A DNA stretch of 64,000 nucleotides from Selaginella moellendorffii. Lineage: Eukaryota; Plantae; Lycopodiophyta. The notes beneath the pieces are model-generated. The model had not been told where the DNA came from. It was given only the letters and a program-made list of their open reading frames with translations, and did no database searches. Positions 12,099 through 24,907 of the stretch are shown in pieces. Made by a program: the position numbers and the translations under genes. Numbering within the stretch: position 1 is the first letter of the stretch; each line of letters starts with the position of its first letter. The DNA lies in the NCBI RefSeq assembly GCF_000143415.4, contig NW_003314367.1, forward strand, positions 1-64,000. Direction: 5' to 3'.

Positions 12099-15000
12099 AT
12101 GCTGACGACGTTCGAGACGAAGAGCAATCGCGTCAAGGGCCTGAGCTTCCATCCCAAGCGGCCATGGATCTTGGCCAGTCTCCACACCGGCGTCATTCAT
12201 CTGTGGGATTACCGGATGGGATCTCTCATAGATCGCTTCGACGAGCACGACGGCCCGGTTCGCGGCGTTCATTTCCACAGCTCTCAGCCTCTTTTCGTCT
12301 CGGGAGGTAAACCACGAACCAGCATTCGCGTCTTTGATCAATATTTCGATTGATCTTGTCCAGGCGATGACTACAAGATCAAGGTCTGGAACTACAAGGC
12401 GAGAAGGTGCCTGTTCACGCTGCTGGGGCATTTGGATTACATCCGGACTGTTCAGTTCCATCAGGAGTATCCCTGGATCGTGAGTGCCAGCGACGATCAA
12501 ACCATCAGGATTTGGAACTGGCAGTCGCGGACGTGCGTTTCCGTGCTCACGGGACACAATCACTACGTCATGTGTGCTTCGTTTCACGTCAAGGACGATC
12601 TCGTGGTGTCGGCATCGCTGGATCAGACTGTTCGTGTGTGGGATATCAGCTCTCTCAGGAAGAAGACGGTCTCTCCAGCCGAGGATCTTCTGATGCTCAC
12701 GCAGATGAACAGCGATCTTTTTGGCGGCGGTGATGTGGTGGTCAAGTATGTTCTCGAGGGACATGACAGGGGTGTCAACTGGGCTGCTTTTCATCCGAGC
12801 TTGCCGCTCATTGTCTCTGGCGCTGACGATCGACAAGTTAAGCTGTGGAGGATAAATGGTATGTGAACTTCTTTTTTTTTTTTCTTGTCATGCTGTCTAG
12901 TTTCTAAACGCTTGCATTGGTTCTATAGACACAAAGGCTTGGGAGGTTGATACTTTGCGCGGTCACACCAACAACGTTTCCTGTGTCCTGTTCCACGCTC
13001 GCCAGGACATCATCGTCTCTAACTCGGAGGACAAAACTATTCGAGTCTGGGACTTGTCCAAGCGTTCGGCCGTGCAAACTTTCAGGAGGGACCACGACCG
13101 TTTCTGGGTTATCTGTGGCCACCCCGAGATGAACCTTCTTGCGGCAGGGCATGACAGTGGAATTATAGTCTTCAAGCTCGAAAGGGAGAGGCCGGCTTAT
13201 ACAATCAGTGCAGGGGTGCTGTATTACGTCAAAGAAAAGAGTTTGAGGACTTACGACTTTGCCACTTCGGAGGACACATCACTGATAAACATTCGAAGAG
13301 CGGGGCTGAATCAGGCGCCTAGAACGTTGTCTTACAATCCAGCTGAGAACGCCGTTCTTTTATGCTCGGACGTTGACAACGGTACGTACGAGCTTTACAT
13401 CATCCCAAGGGACAGCATCAGAAACGACACTTTGGAACCGAAGAAAGGCAGCGGGTCGTCGGCCGTTTTCGTGGCCCGCAACCGCTTTGCTGTTCTGGAC
13501 AAGGCGCACGGCTTGATTCTAGTCAAGAATCTCAGGAACGAGGTCTCCAAGAGAGTCGAGGCTCCATCTGCGACAGTTGATGCCATCTTCTATGCGGGGA
13601 CGGGAACTCTTCTCTGTCGCTCAGACGACAAGATGATCTTGTTTGACCTCCAACAGAAGGCGGTTTTGGGAGAGATTCACAGCCCCCAAGTGAAGTACGT
13701 GGTTTGGTCACTGGACATGGAGGCCGTGGCTCTGGTGAGCAAGCATAGCGTCGTCATGACGACGAAGACGCTGGCTCTCAAGTGCAGCGTTCACGAGACT
13801 ATCCGTATCAAGAGTGCTGCATGGGATGACAAAGGGGTGCTCTTCTACACGACTCTGAACCACATCAAGTACTGTCTTCCAAATGGAGATAACGGCACCA
13901 TCTCGACTCTGGACGTTCCAATCTACATAACTCGGGTGGCCGGCGACAAAGTCTATTTCCTGGACAGGGAGGGGAAAGTTAAGACCATCACCATTGACAC
14001 GACGGAGTTCACGTTTAAGCTGGCGCTGCTCCAGGAACGATACGATCGAGTTTTGGAAATGATCAGGAGCTCTCGACTTTGTGGACAGGCGATCATCTCA
14101 TATCTGCAGCAGAAGGGATTCCCCGAGGTAGCCCTGCATTTCGTGAAGGACGAGAGGACCAAGTTCAATCTGGCCATCGAGTGTGGCAACATCGAAGTCG
14201 CAGTTGCTTCAGCAAAAGAGATTGACGAGAAGGATTACTGGTACAGGCTGGGGGTGGAAGCTTTAAGGCAGGGCAACCACGAGATTGTGGAGTACGCATA
14301 TCAGCGAACAAGGAACTTTGAGAGGCTGTCGTTCCTCTACCTGATAACCGGGAATTTGGACAAGCTGTCGAGGATGCTGAAGATCGCAGAGACGAGAAAC
14401 GACGTGATGGGATGCTTTCACAACGCCTTATACCTGGGTGACGTCGAAGAGCGGGTCAAGTTACTTGAGAAAACGGGACACGTTCCTCTTGCATACGCAA
14501 CTGCGGCTGTTCATGGGCTTGTTGAGGTGGCGGAGCGTCTGGCTACAGAGCTGGGTGACAAGGTGCCACAGATTCCTAAGCTTGAGAAGTCGAAGTTGCT
14601 AGTGCCGCCATCTCCAATTCTCCGGGACAGCAACTGGCCGCTGCTCTTGATCAGCAGAGGCTTTTTCGAAGGCGGCTTTGCCGAGCCTGGGGTAGTGGAC
14701 CAAGAGGAAGAAAACGCTCCGGATGAATGGGGTGAAGAACTCGTCATCATACCAGGCGGAGAGTCTCAAAGAACTGGCGAAATGGAAGAGATCGAGGAGA
14801 TTCAAAGAGCCGGAGCTGGAGCTGAGGAGGGCGAAGAAGAGGGAGGCTGGGAGCTGGAAGACCTGGAACTTCCGCCGGAGGTGGTGCAGAGCCAAAACGC
14901 TACAACGTCCAGCTTCTTCGCTGGTGTAACTCCAGGAGCTCCGGTCACTCAACTCTGGACGCAAAGGTCCTCCTTGGCTGCCGATCACGTGGCCGCTGGA

Positions 15001-15867
15001 GCCTTCGACAGTGCAATGCGCCTCCTCAATCGGCAACTCGGGATCAAAAACTTCGCGCCGCTGCAACTGGTGTTTTGCGACCTCCACCTCGCGAGCCAGA
15101 GCTCGCTTGGGGCCTTCAAGCCGGTGGAGTCCCTGACGTATGGCCTCGAGAGAGGCTGGTCGGACTCGCCGCCTCCAAACGTCCGCAACGGGCCAGCGCT
15201 GATCTACAAGCTCTCCCAGCTGGAGGACCGAGCCAAGCAGGCCTACAAGCTCACCACCGAAGGCAAATTCACTGAAGCTCTCCGCCTCTTCCTCGCCATC
15301 CTTCACACCGTCCCGGTGATTGTCGTGGACAGCCGCAAAGAGGTGGACGACGTCAAGGACCTGATCGGCAAGAGCAAGGAGTACGTCCTGGCGCTCAAGA
15401 TGGAGCTCAAGCGCAAGGATCTCAGGGACGAGCCCGTCCGCCAGGCCGAGCTCGCGGCGTACTTCCCTCACTGCGACATCCAGCCTTCGCACGTCCGGCT
15501 CGGCTTACAGTCGGCTATGGCGGCCTCGTATCGGTGCGGGAACTTCGCCACGGCGGCGCAGCTCGCGAGGCGATTGCTCGACATGAATCCAAACCAGGCC
15601 AGCATCGCCAAGGCGCGGCAGCTCCTCCAGGCGTGCGAGAGGAACCCCCGCGACGAGAAGAGGATGAACTACGACGGCAGGAACCCGTTCGTGGTGTGTG
15701 GAGCAACGTTTACGCCCATCTACGCGGGCAGCAGGTCGGTGTCGTGCCCCTACTGCGCTGCTCGGTTCGTCCCCGAGGTGGCGGGCAGGATTTGCAGCGT
15801 TTGCGACTTGGCGGTGGTGGATGCTGACGCTTCCGGGCTTGTGTGTTGCCCGACTCAATCGCGGTGA
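12099..15867 (+). CDS. COPA: Coatomer subunit alpha (alpha-COP); exons 12099-12306, 12364-12858, 12929-15867
   Basis: N-terminus [31 protein letters not shown]40 repeats, '[14 protein letters not shown]', C-terminal '[18 protein letters not shown]'. Two GT-AG introns. Confidence 0.97.
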
Positions 15868-16616
15868 TCAATCAACTAACGTTTTTAAAAGAAAAAGAGC
15901 GCGAAACATAATTATAGGGTTTATAAATAATATCCGGGTTTAGTGTCTAGGGTTTAGGTTCCTATTCCATATGTAGTTAGAGCCGATGAGATATGGAACA
16001 AAGCTCGAAAGAATAGTCATATATGTAATTTTTCCTCAAGGCACAGCGATATGGGAGAATAGTGAGCAATTGTTGTGGGAAGGGCATGGAGATCAGGATC
16101 GAGGCTGAAATCTCCAGAGAAGTCTAGAGCCAGTGTTTGTCAAGTCTTTAGCCTTTTGGATCCTGCGATTGAACATGTGAGGTTTTTGCAAGAGGGGCGT
16201 TTCTGCCATATGATCAAGGAAGAGATTAGCGATCTGGAGAGCTCAGAGAGTTTCTAAACACTAGCTCCAGTACCAACAGAAAGGAACCCATGATCGAGGC
16301 CATCACCGGATCTGCGAGCCAAACGAGTCACTGATGTGAATAGAAAAGCTTGGATGAATCTTTTCTTTCTTTTGTGCTTCTTCCGAGCTGCTGCTTTCTA
16401 AATGCAATGAATCATGAGATAGAAATGGGTCTCTAAAACGCCCAAATGATTCTTGCACTTCGGGACGCGCTGCAAAGAGAAAAGAGCCCACCAATCGGTT
16501 CCTCGCCGGAAGCGACTACATTATTCTGCTTCATCAGTACCCCTAAAGGAGAAGAGGAATCTCAAGATCTATTTCAAAGGGAAAGCAAAGACAAGGAGCC
16601 AGGAAATCTATGACGC

Positions 16617-16722
16617 TGTAGACTTGGCCGTTTGGATTTGCTGCCACTGGGTTGGCCTTTGGGAGCAGCCAACCCAAGGGCAGCATGCTGGGTTTGCGCA
16701 AACCCAGACGGCCAAGTCTACA
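16617..16722. ncRNA. Nested fold-back hairpin, candidate pre-miRNA/hpRNA or MITE relic
   Basis: Outer arms tgtagacttggccgtttgg / ccagacggccaagtctaca; inner stem tgctgcc-tgggttggc / gccaaccca-ggcagca. Confidence 0.4.
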
Positions 16723-17549
16723 ACAGCAGCTATCCCCACCGCTACCAGGACAAGCGGTGGGATAAAGTAGAAGATCCTGCTTATCACCCTTCCAACTCCC
16801 CCACTAGCGCTGCCACCTGACCCAGTAGAGCTGGTTCGATCAGTTTCAGTCCGTCCTCTTCGCAGCCGTAACCACAACGTTGTGGTTACGACTGCGAAGA
16901 GGAGATGCTTGTGGACTGAAACTGATGGGTCAAAAGCTTGCCCGAGTGGCAGTGGTGCTTAAAGCACTCACATCGATCTGTGCACGAGAGAAACAATGGC
17001 CACACAATCAATCCCAAAAGGAGAGCTAGAATGAGCACTACGTAGTGACTTACCTGAAATGGTTGCGAGCACTACTCGCAAGAGGGAGTGAGAGCCACTA
17101 GATAGAGAGGGATCTTGGATATTCCAGGAGTCGAGGCTAAGCTTTATCCTTCCACCGGCGACTACATAATGGAGTGGCACAAAACCAATGCAACCGGGCC
17201 GGCATTGTAGCCAAGAGGAGTTTGAATTCTTGATCGTCGCAGAAGATCTTCAAACGGACGGCTAAGATCTGGGTTTTGTGTTACTAACGGACGGCTCAGA
17301 TCTGAAATTTGACTTTCTGTTCGCGAGGTTGTGGGCAAAAGCCGGCTGACAAGTGTGCCTCCAGCGTCACTCTCCTCGGCTCCGTCGACTCATCCAGCAG
17401 AACGGCGGCCCTGGGCCGAGGTGGGTGACCCTGTAGCGCGGTGGAGCCTTGCTTCTCACCCCCGCATTTCCGGCTTCTCACCACCGCGAAGGCGAAGATA
17501 TTGCCCGTTTGCGCTACCGAGTGCTGCCGCCTCCACGTCGAGAGAGCAA

Positions 17550-17632
17550 CGCTCACCACCGAAGGGAAATTCAATGGGCTCTTCCGTGATCGTCCGCAAA
17601 GGTGGACGACGTCAAGCTTGATCGGCAAGAGT
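17550..17632 (+). pseudogene. Short degraded duplicate of a COPA coding segment
   Basis: 'gctcaccaccgaagggaaattca..ccgcaaaggtggacgacgtcaag..tgatcggcaagag' matches COPA ~15250-15375 with deletions. Confidence 0.75.
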
Positions 17633-18229
17633 CCGAACTTCACCTGAGGGGCCGTCGCGTGCTGTTCAAATCGAACGTAAAATCGGCGAATTCTACGATG
17701 AAATGTTTCTTGCCCTAAAGGATGCCAAGTGAAGCTTTTTCGGCCTGCGCGATTAGACATTGTTTTCGTTTGCTTGTAAGACGGGGAGAAGAGCTCTGAA
17801 TAGTTTGTGTGTTCTTATCCGCGTCCTTCCGAGCTGGAGCTGGCACATCTGGAATGGTTTCTAAACACTAGCTCCATTACCAACAGAATGATTACTCAAG
17901 GATCGTCTGTAGCTAATTAAGCCATGGGAGAATTAGCGTTTGATCACAAATCATCGGGCGATGGCCGCGATGCTCGCAACCAGCTCAGAGAATCATGGGA
18001 CCCAGAATCTGAAAATGAAGCGATTCTTGATTCTTGACACTTCTACATGCATTGGAAAAGAGAAATCAGCTCACGGCCGGGAGAATATCTTCATCATTAC
18101 CCGAGAAAGGATCTATTTCAAAGAAAAAAAAGATTTTACAAGCAGACAAGCCAACCTTGAAGCTTGACTGCTTGTAAACTCTTTGCTTCCACGATCATGA
18201 GTCGCCAGTGTCACAAAGTTGTTGTTTGA

Positions 18230-19100
18230 TTGCGAACAGGAGATGCATGCGCAAGAAAACTGATATAGCTCAGGTGGCAGCAGCGCAGGCGATGAGCACG
18301 GGGATGTATGCACTACTAACCTGTTTTTTTTTCTTGTTTACCTCGCATTCGAGACGCCATAGAACGAGGCCCTTGCAATCTTCTCGAAGCGTTCTCGGGA
18401 GGGAAACACCGTGGAAATACCACACTGAAATCGCTTGTTTTCCCAGAGTGGAAAAGGGGTGCTAGTGGAGCAGGAAGAAGTACCAGGAGGCCGAGGAGTA
18501 GAAGCGCTCTAGCTCGAGGACTAGCAAAAGGAAACAGAGTGAGAAAGATTGGGCTGGACCTGGTGAGAATTACGAAAACGGCAAAAGTATGAATGACGAT
18601 TGCATCTCGTCTCTTTTGTGCTCGCTCTGCAGGGAGGGTTGAGAGCGGAACTGGCAGCTGATCTCTTGGAGAACTGCGATCAGTCTGCCCTGATGCCACA
18701 AGTTTGCCCAGAGAGGGAATTTGAACCGATGCGAGGAACTGCTTCTGGAGATCTTATGGTGCAGCATTGCATTCTAAAATTTGATAAGTCATATGTATAA
18801 CATGCGTGGCAAAACAATATCAAGAAGGTTTTTGAAAGGATCCCAAAGCAAGATAGCCTTCTGTGGAACGTGGTGTTTTTGCATATGCCTTGTTTGAATC
18901 TTTGCCAATGTTAGAAGATCAACTTCGGGAATGGCGGAAGCGGGCTCATAGCATCTCATTTTCGTAAGCGTCCTAAATTCCTCGGAAAACGTCACTGCCT
19001 TGGCGTGGACGGATCCGATGACAAGTGTTGCTTAATGTTCGCGAAGGAAGGGATCGAAGATTTGTCAAATTTTGAAACTGATGCACGTTGAAGCAGTTGA
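18230..19100 (+). pseudogene. Degraded PPR gene fragments
   Basis: One frame reads 'KKVFERIPKQDSLLWNVV' (~18820-18875), a PPR S/P-motif junction. Remaining frames are disrupted. Confidence 0.45.
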
Positions 19101-19347
19101 AAGATCAATATATTGACCAACCTGCTTTGACTCAACTATGCTGACCAAGCAAGAGATCTTGTGGCAAAAAAAATGTTACGAGCACAAAATCATACAAAAT
19201 GGTGTCTGTGGGGACAACGTTTTTGCGCACACTCTAACTCATTCTACTCAAAGGAAAAACAACATTATTTTGAAAGAACACGGAAGTACACACCTCTCAA
19301 GTATTAAGACACGGAGTTGTAGAGAGAAGCCGCTCATTCATTCATCC

Positions 19348-21121
19348 ATGGTGTTTTTTCTTGTTCTGGTTCTTCTGCTTCAATCCTTTGCAAAAGCTCA
19401 ATGCCTGAGCTTCCGTTTCCCTGGCACCTCCGATCAATATTTTCGAGATCACATTTCCGGCCTCAAATTTCAGCCAAGCCTTCTATGCTTTATCTGTCTC
19501 CCGCATGCCGTTGTTATTTGATGCCAGCTTCGTCTTCCGGACTCATAGTGATACAGGCAGGCTTGTATTCCTAGTGGCGGGGACATCGCCGAACTACCCA
19601 GTTTGTTATGCTGATCCCCTGTACCCATGCGATCCACTCCAAGTGGCTTTCAGTTTTGCAGATCATTGGGTTTCTGTTCATGGCTGCAATGCATCTTCAT
19701 CTAAATCCAACTTCCGTTTCTCCACGAATGCCACTGTCAACGCATGGGTGGAATATCATCTTCATGGAGCTCCACACTCCGTCCGTGTTTATGTTGCAGA
19801 GAATACCAACTCTCGACCAAGCACATCAATCACCGATTTCAGTTGTTCTATCACTGGTGGCTACTTCTTCCAGGGGTTGCAAGCTCTTGAAACAAACGAC
19901 ATAGTCACAGTTTCGTCTTGGTCATTCTCAACTGCTGGTGCTGCCTCTGCTTCAAAAGACCTGAATTTATACTTCTTGGCGATTGCAGGCCCATTTGTGA
20001 TTGCTGGAGCAGCACTTTTGATTTTTCGAACACGAAGAAGGCAGCTGATGAAGAAGAAGGTGTTGCAGAGGTCGGCTTTGCTAGCTGCCAACATTCCGAT
20101 AAACTGCACCTTCAAAGAGCTGCGATCTGCAACAGCTGACTTCAAGGAAGTTCTAGGCAGAGGTGGAACCAGCACCGTCTACAAGGGGTTCCTGCAAAAT
20201 ACACCAACATCAAGGATAGAAGTCGCAGTCAAAGACCTTCAAAGCAATTCACCTGATCATGAGGCTGAGCAGCAGTTCCGGGAAGAACTCAACATGATCA
20301 GCAGGGTAAGGCACCAAAACCTGGTCGCGCTCCAAGGCTGGTGCCATGAGCACGATAAGCTCCTCCTCGTCTACGAATGCATGTCCAAAGGAAGCCTAGA
20401 CAAGGTACTCTTCACAAGCGCTTCGGGTTCAACTAATCCGCTATCCTGGAACCAAAGATTCAATATCATCAGATGTGTTGCAGAGGCGCTAAGATACCTG
20501 CATGAAGGGTTGGAGAAGCGGATTGTTCACAGGGATATCAAAGCGGCAAATGTCCTGCTGGATGAAAGAATGACTGCCAAGGTGGGGGACTTCGGCCTAG
20601 CCAGGTTGATGCAGCACACAATCGGCTCTCAAACGATGACCAGGGCGGGAACATTCGGTTATATCTCACCGGAGCTTGCTTATAGTGGAAGAGCCACTGA
20701 AAAATCCGACGTGTACAGTTTCGGGATTCTTGTACTCGAAATTGTTGCTGGAAGACGCGCTGTCGACCACAGGTTTGCTGGTGACACTAAGATGGTGCTC
20801 TTGGAATGGGCCGGAACAGTGAGTCAACCCGCAGAACTTGTTGATCCAAGGATCCAAGATGGAATTGATATGAAGCAGGTTGAGAGAATAATTCAATTGG
20901 CCCTAAGATGCTGCTCTTGGCATTCGGAGGAGCGGCCGACGATGAGGCTGTGCTGCCAAATCTTGAGTGGTGAATCAGAGCTGCCAAATTTACCGCTTGC
21001 AGCAAACACAGACATTGTCGTTACAAGAGCTGAGATTCCCGAAGATTACGATTCGAAGTCTTCTTTGCACAGTGCAAGCAATGCCTCTGACGATGTCAAC
21101 CTAAACAGATTCCACGCGTGA
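19348..21121 (+). CDS. L-type lectin-like receptor kinase (RD kinase); signal-peptide frame is out of frame with the main ORF 19505-21121
   Basis: Signal peptide MVFFLVLVLLLQSFAKA; lectin-like 'AWVEY' and 'SWSFS'; TM FLAIAGPFVIAGAALLIF; kinase motifs GRGGTSTVYKG, VAVK, HRDIKAANVLLD, DFGLAR, GTFGYISPE. Confidence 0.88.
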
Positions 21122-22257
21122 TTCCAGAAGCTTGGTTGGGCAACGTGCAAACCCGCTGTCAGGAGGTATAAACGAAGTTATTGCACCAAATTTTACAAGT
21201 GACATTCACAAGACTTATTACTTGAAAGCTTAAATAATTCCAAGAAATGCTATATATATTCTTTCAAGGTTCTACTTTTTGGTTTTTAAACCTTGAAAAT
21301 TGTTTAAATCCCATTCTTGTTTAGCTGACGAGAAAACAAACCGATTCTTGATTCTTGAAACTTTTCTGCAGCGCATTGCTCCAACGCACTGCAGAAGATT
21401 CAAGATTCAAGAATCGCTTCATGCCACCGAGAAGAGAAATCTCAAGTTCTAAAAATTCACAAGCGGCAGCTCTCCATCAAGCTCGTTTTGGTAACTGGCT
21501 GCTCGCCACCAGCAGCGAGCAAAAACAGCGGAGCCAAACAGAGCATCCTGCTCATGATCAGACCTTTGTTGCTCCCAGCGGTGCCGTTGCTATCGGATCC
21601 AACAGAGCTGCTCTGCCTGGTTTGCTGATAGTTTTCCTTTCGTAGCAGGGAAGATATCCTCTTCCCAGCCAAGAGTACAACTTTGTGGCTGCCCATCACC
21701 ATTGATCAGTCCCAAGAAAGAGCCCCAAATTATTTAAATCATAGAATGAGCTTGCTTACCTTGTGCTGGGAAACGAGAGATTGAAACTAGTGAGGGAAAC
21801 CAACATGGGCTTATATACGGCCAGGATTATAGTTTGAAGTGCGAATATTCTAAGGAAACCCGGTCAAGATTTGGTGTTGACCGTCGTTCCATTATTAACA
21901 TAATCTACTATTATAAATTGCTGAACTTTGTGATCTGCCGGATCTGGATTAGCACCGTTGGATGCTGAGTAATTCGGTAAATATCAATTTTCTATTGTGA
22001 GTCCTTTCGAAATATTTTTGCGAAATTTGGGCCGGGCAGTGAGCACGTGCTAGGGGAGGAAGTGTTCATTTGAACTCTCTTTTTACCGCAGCTCCTCAAG
22101 TTTCCAAGAAAGTGGGAGAGGAGGCGGCCGCTGACCAGCATTGCCGAGGCCCAGGAGCTTGCGTTGCTCCAGCACAGCTCGGTGATTACCCTTTGCCAGC
22201 AGATGTTTAGTTTTATTTCTTACCAGAGTGACCAACTTTCTCTTTTTCTTGCCTCTT

Positions 22258-23550
22258 TCATCGAGGTGGCTTCTTTCCATTCAGACGATGGTCTCTTGCA
22301 ACCAGGAGATCAACCTCGAAACCAAGGCTCCTCTCAAACTCGCGCAGCAAACAAACTTCAAGCTCAGAGCAGATGCTCACCACCTTTCTCATCCAAAGTA
22401 GCCTGTGCACGCCTGCTCTCGCCAAATACTCATCCGCGGACTCGGGCATGTCAAAGTTGATAACATGCTTCCTTCCACTGTAGATTATGTTGGTGATTAG
22501 AAGCAAACCACGCTGGCCCGATTCGTGTCTTCAATGCAGTGCTGTGGCATGTCAGTGTGCGCTGCAGCCACTTCAAAACCCGCACTTTCCATCGCAGAAG
22601 CAACCAGTTCCACCTGCGATACGGAGTTGCAGTACACAGTCACTGTGACGCTCCTGGTCCGAAACAACTTCCACACTTCCCCGAGCTTGGCGAGCTTGTC
22701 ACTGGCGCTCTTGACAGCTGCATAGAAGTGCTTGACTGACCTTACGGTGAAGGCTGGCCTGGCAATCCTGCTCGTCTCGCCCTTGCAGAACCTTGTGACG
22801 ATATCTTCTACATCGTCTAGCGAGTGGATACCGAAGGTCACGTCACAGCTCCAAAGGATGGAGCATATTGCCTCCATATGTACTTTGTGTGTGGAAACAA
22901 GCACATCCGTCTCTACAAGAACCGCTCTGTGTGGCTTCCAAGTCGTGCTGGCCCCCGCACAATACTTCCTGCATCCTGTCTGGAGTCCCGAGTACAATTC
23001 CGGGTGAAAGGTCGCTGGCTCGCTGAGGCAAGTCACCTTAACTTCAAACAGTCCCAGGCCGTCCACGAAGGCCTGCAACAGCTCCACAAGCTGCGGAATC
23101 CTGTGGCCTGGAGCGAGAACTATTGAGACAGTGCTTACTGAATCGGGAATGAGACCCGGCATGAAGGCCACAATGCCAGACCAGTCCTGGCACACAACGT
23201 TGCGTCCAAACACGGAGAAATTCTGGACCGCATCGCAGAAGTACGGGTCGAGCAAACCAGAGCAACACGCTGCTTCTGAAACAATCAAAGCGAACTCCAG
23301 ATGAAGAAAACAGAAAGACGCGAAGATACATACCTTGGAGTGACAACTCCCCGCAATAGCCATGGTCAACTCAACTCTATAGCCCGTAATTGAGGATGAT
23401 GCCATGGTAACCAAAGAGGAAATCCTCGAGAGAGAAAGCATCAGGCCGCTGAGCTTGCCTGCGGGATAGCACCGATTGACGAAGACATTGACGGCACCAG
23501 AAGCTCCAGCGCCGCCGCCGCCTGCCGATGGAAACACACGGGATCCTCCA
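22258..23550 (-). pseudogene. Highly diverged DEAD-box helicase (eIF4A/UAP56-like) derivative lacking catalytic motifs, with a frameshift near 22510
   Basis: 'VKHFYAAV..KLAKL', 'VYCNSVSQVELVA..GFEVAAAHTDMPQ' and 'LLIT..VINFDMPESADEYLARAG' resemble RecA2 motifs IV-VI. No GKT or DEAD motif. Confidence 0.6.
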
Positions 23551-24128
23551 TAGCAGAGAGTCGCCCCCTGGGAAGTCTATGTTGAAGGGATTCGAACAAG
23601 GGAACCCAAAGTATAATGTTTCAAGAAGGAAACAAAGGGAACACTTCAACTTGCCTCAAGAGCGATGTACTTTTGGCTTGATTCCGGAGGCGCAGTTGAA
23701 GCTGGCCAGCCTTCTCATTGAATTTTTTTTCCTGTTTCTGTAGATACCCACTGATCCAGCTCTAATGCAAGCAAAGTTGTTGGTATGTATCGCTCTTAAT
23801 GTTCTTAGGTCGTGAATACTTGTTTCAGGTGATACGTTTGGACGATTTCGAAAACAACTTCTAAATCTACGCACCAAAGTATTTTCTATGGCATTTTTGG
23901 GTAAAGCCTATGGCATTGTGTTCCCTCGGTTCTACACGGCTTACTTTACACATCCCAGAGATCATCACCATTTTTTTCGAAGGAGACTCAAATGCAGGTA
24001 AGCCATTAGTACAGATAAATTAATGATCTTAACAGATGCCTCCAAACTTACCTGTTCCGGGGAGCATGAGTAACCTGCAAGCAAATATTTCAGAACCAAA
24101 GAACATAAATACCGGGGATAAACCACCT

Positions 24129-24262
24129 TCATAGCCTTCGAATGGCCATCTCGAGATTTCCAATATTTTGTTCTTGCTCTTTTATTCTCCTTTTAGGATG
24201 CAGCTGGGATCTTCTCTCCTCTTCTAGCTCAAGCGCCAGTTTCTCCTTGAAATCGTACTGTA
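24129..24262 (-). pseudogene. Kinesin-7 (CENP-E-like) coiled-coil exon fragment
   Basis: 'EKLALELEEERRSQ..RRIKEQEQNIGNL' resembles the plant kinesin-7 post-motor coil. No motor domain nearby. Confidence 0.5.
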
Positions 24263-24276
24263 AATGAAAAAAAGAA

Positions 24277-24564
24277 CCATTTGCTGCCACGTCAGTATTA
24301 GGGTCACGACCATTGGAAAGGGAAAAACAATCCATCATCGGATGTAAGTGAGGACACAGTTTTACCTTAAAGATGTTCCTTGGGTGTTTTCACTGGTGCA
24401 TTCTGATAACACTCCCTTGCTTCCCTCCTTACTCGAAACTGCTTGTTCACATGATCTAGAGCACTTCGTCCAGGAATTCTTTGTCTCCTTTATTCTTCTT
24501 CACTTCACTTCTTCTTCCCTCTCCAATGGTCGTGACCCTAATACTGACATATGGCAGCAAATGG
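24277..24564. repeat. ~46-bp inverted repeat pair flanking ~190 bp (MITE-like / hairpin)
   Basis: 24277-24322 (ccatttgctgcca..gtcagtattagggtcacgaccattgga.aggg) is the reverse complement of 24517-24564. Confidence 0.8.
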
Positions 24565-24907
24565 AATATTCCCTCGGAACATGAAGATACAGGCAACTTT
24601 AGAAGGCCAGGCCTACGTCGGAGTATACACACCCTGTGTATCGGACGAGACCGAGCTTGTTCTTTTATATTGAAGCATTTGGTACAACATGAAATTCTTT
24701 ACCAACAAATTGAACTTAAATCATAGATAAGTTTTGATGGACATCTGAGGTTTTTGCAAAACCCTTCTTGTACACGAGGCTGCTACAAACCTATACATCA
24801 TCACCCATAATCAGCACCCCCTCTCATTTTTTTCTTCTTTTTCCTCGCTTCCACCTCTTCAGAGATGGATGACTTTTAACGTAGCTTCCCTGTGATCTTC
24901 GCTGATA

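Noticed and set aside
12054-15858. Long antisense ORFs over COPA (260 aa, 297 aa)
   Set aside because: Shadow frames of a GC-rich coding sequence with no motifs.
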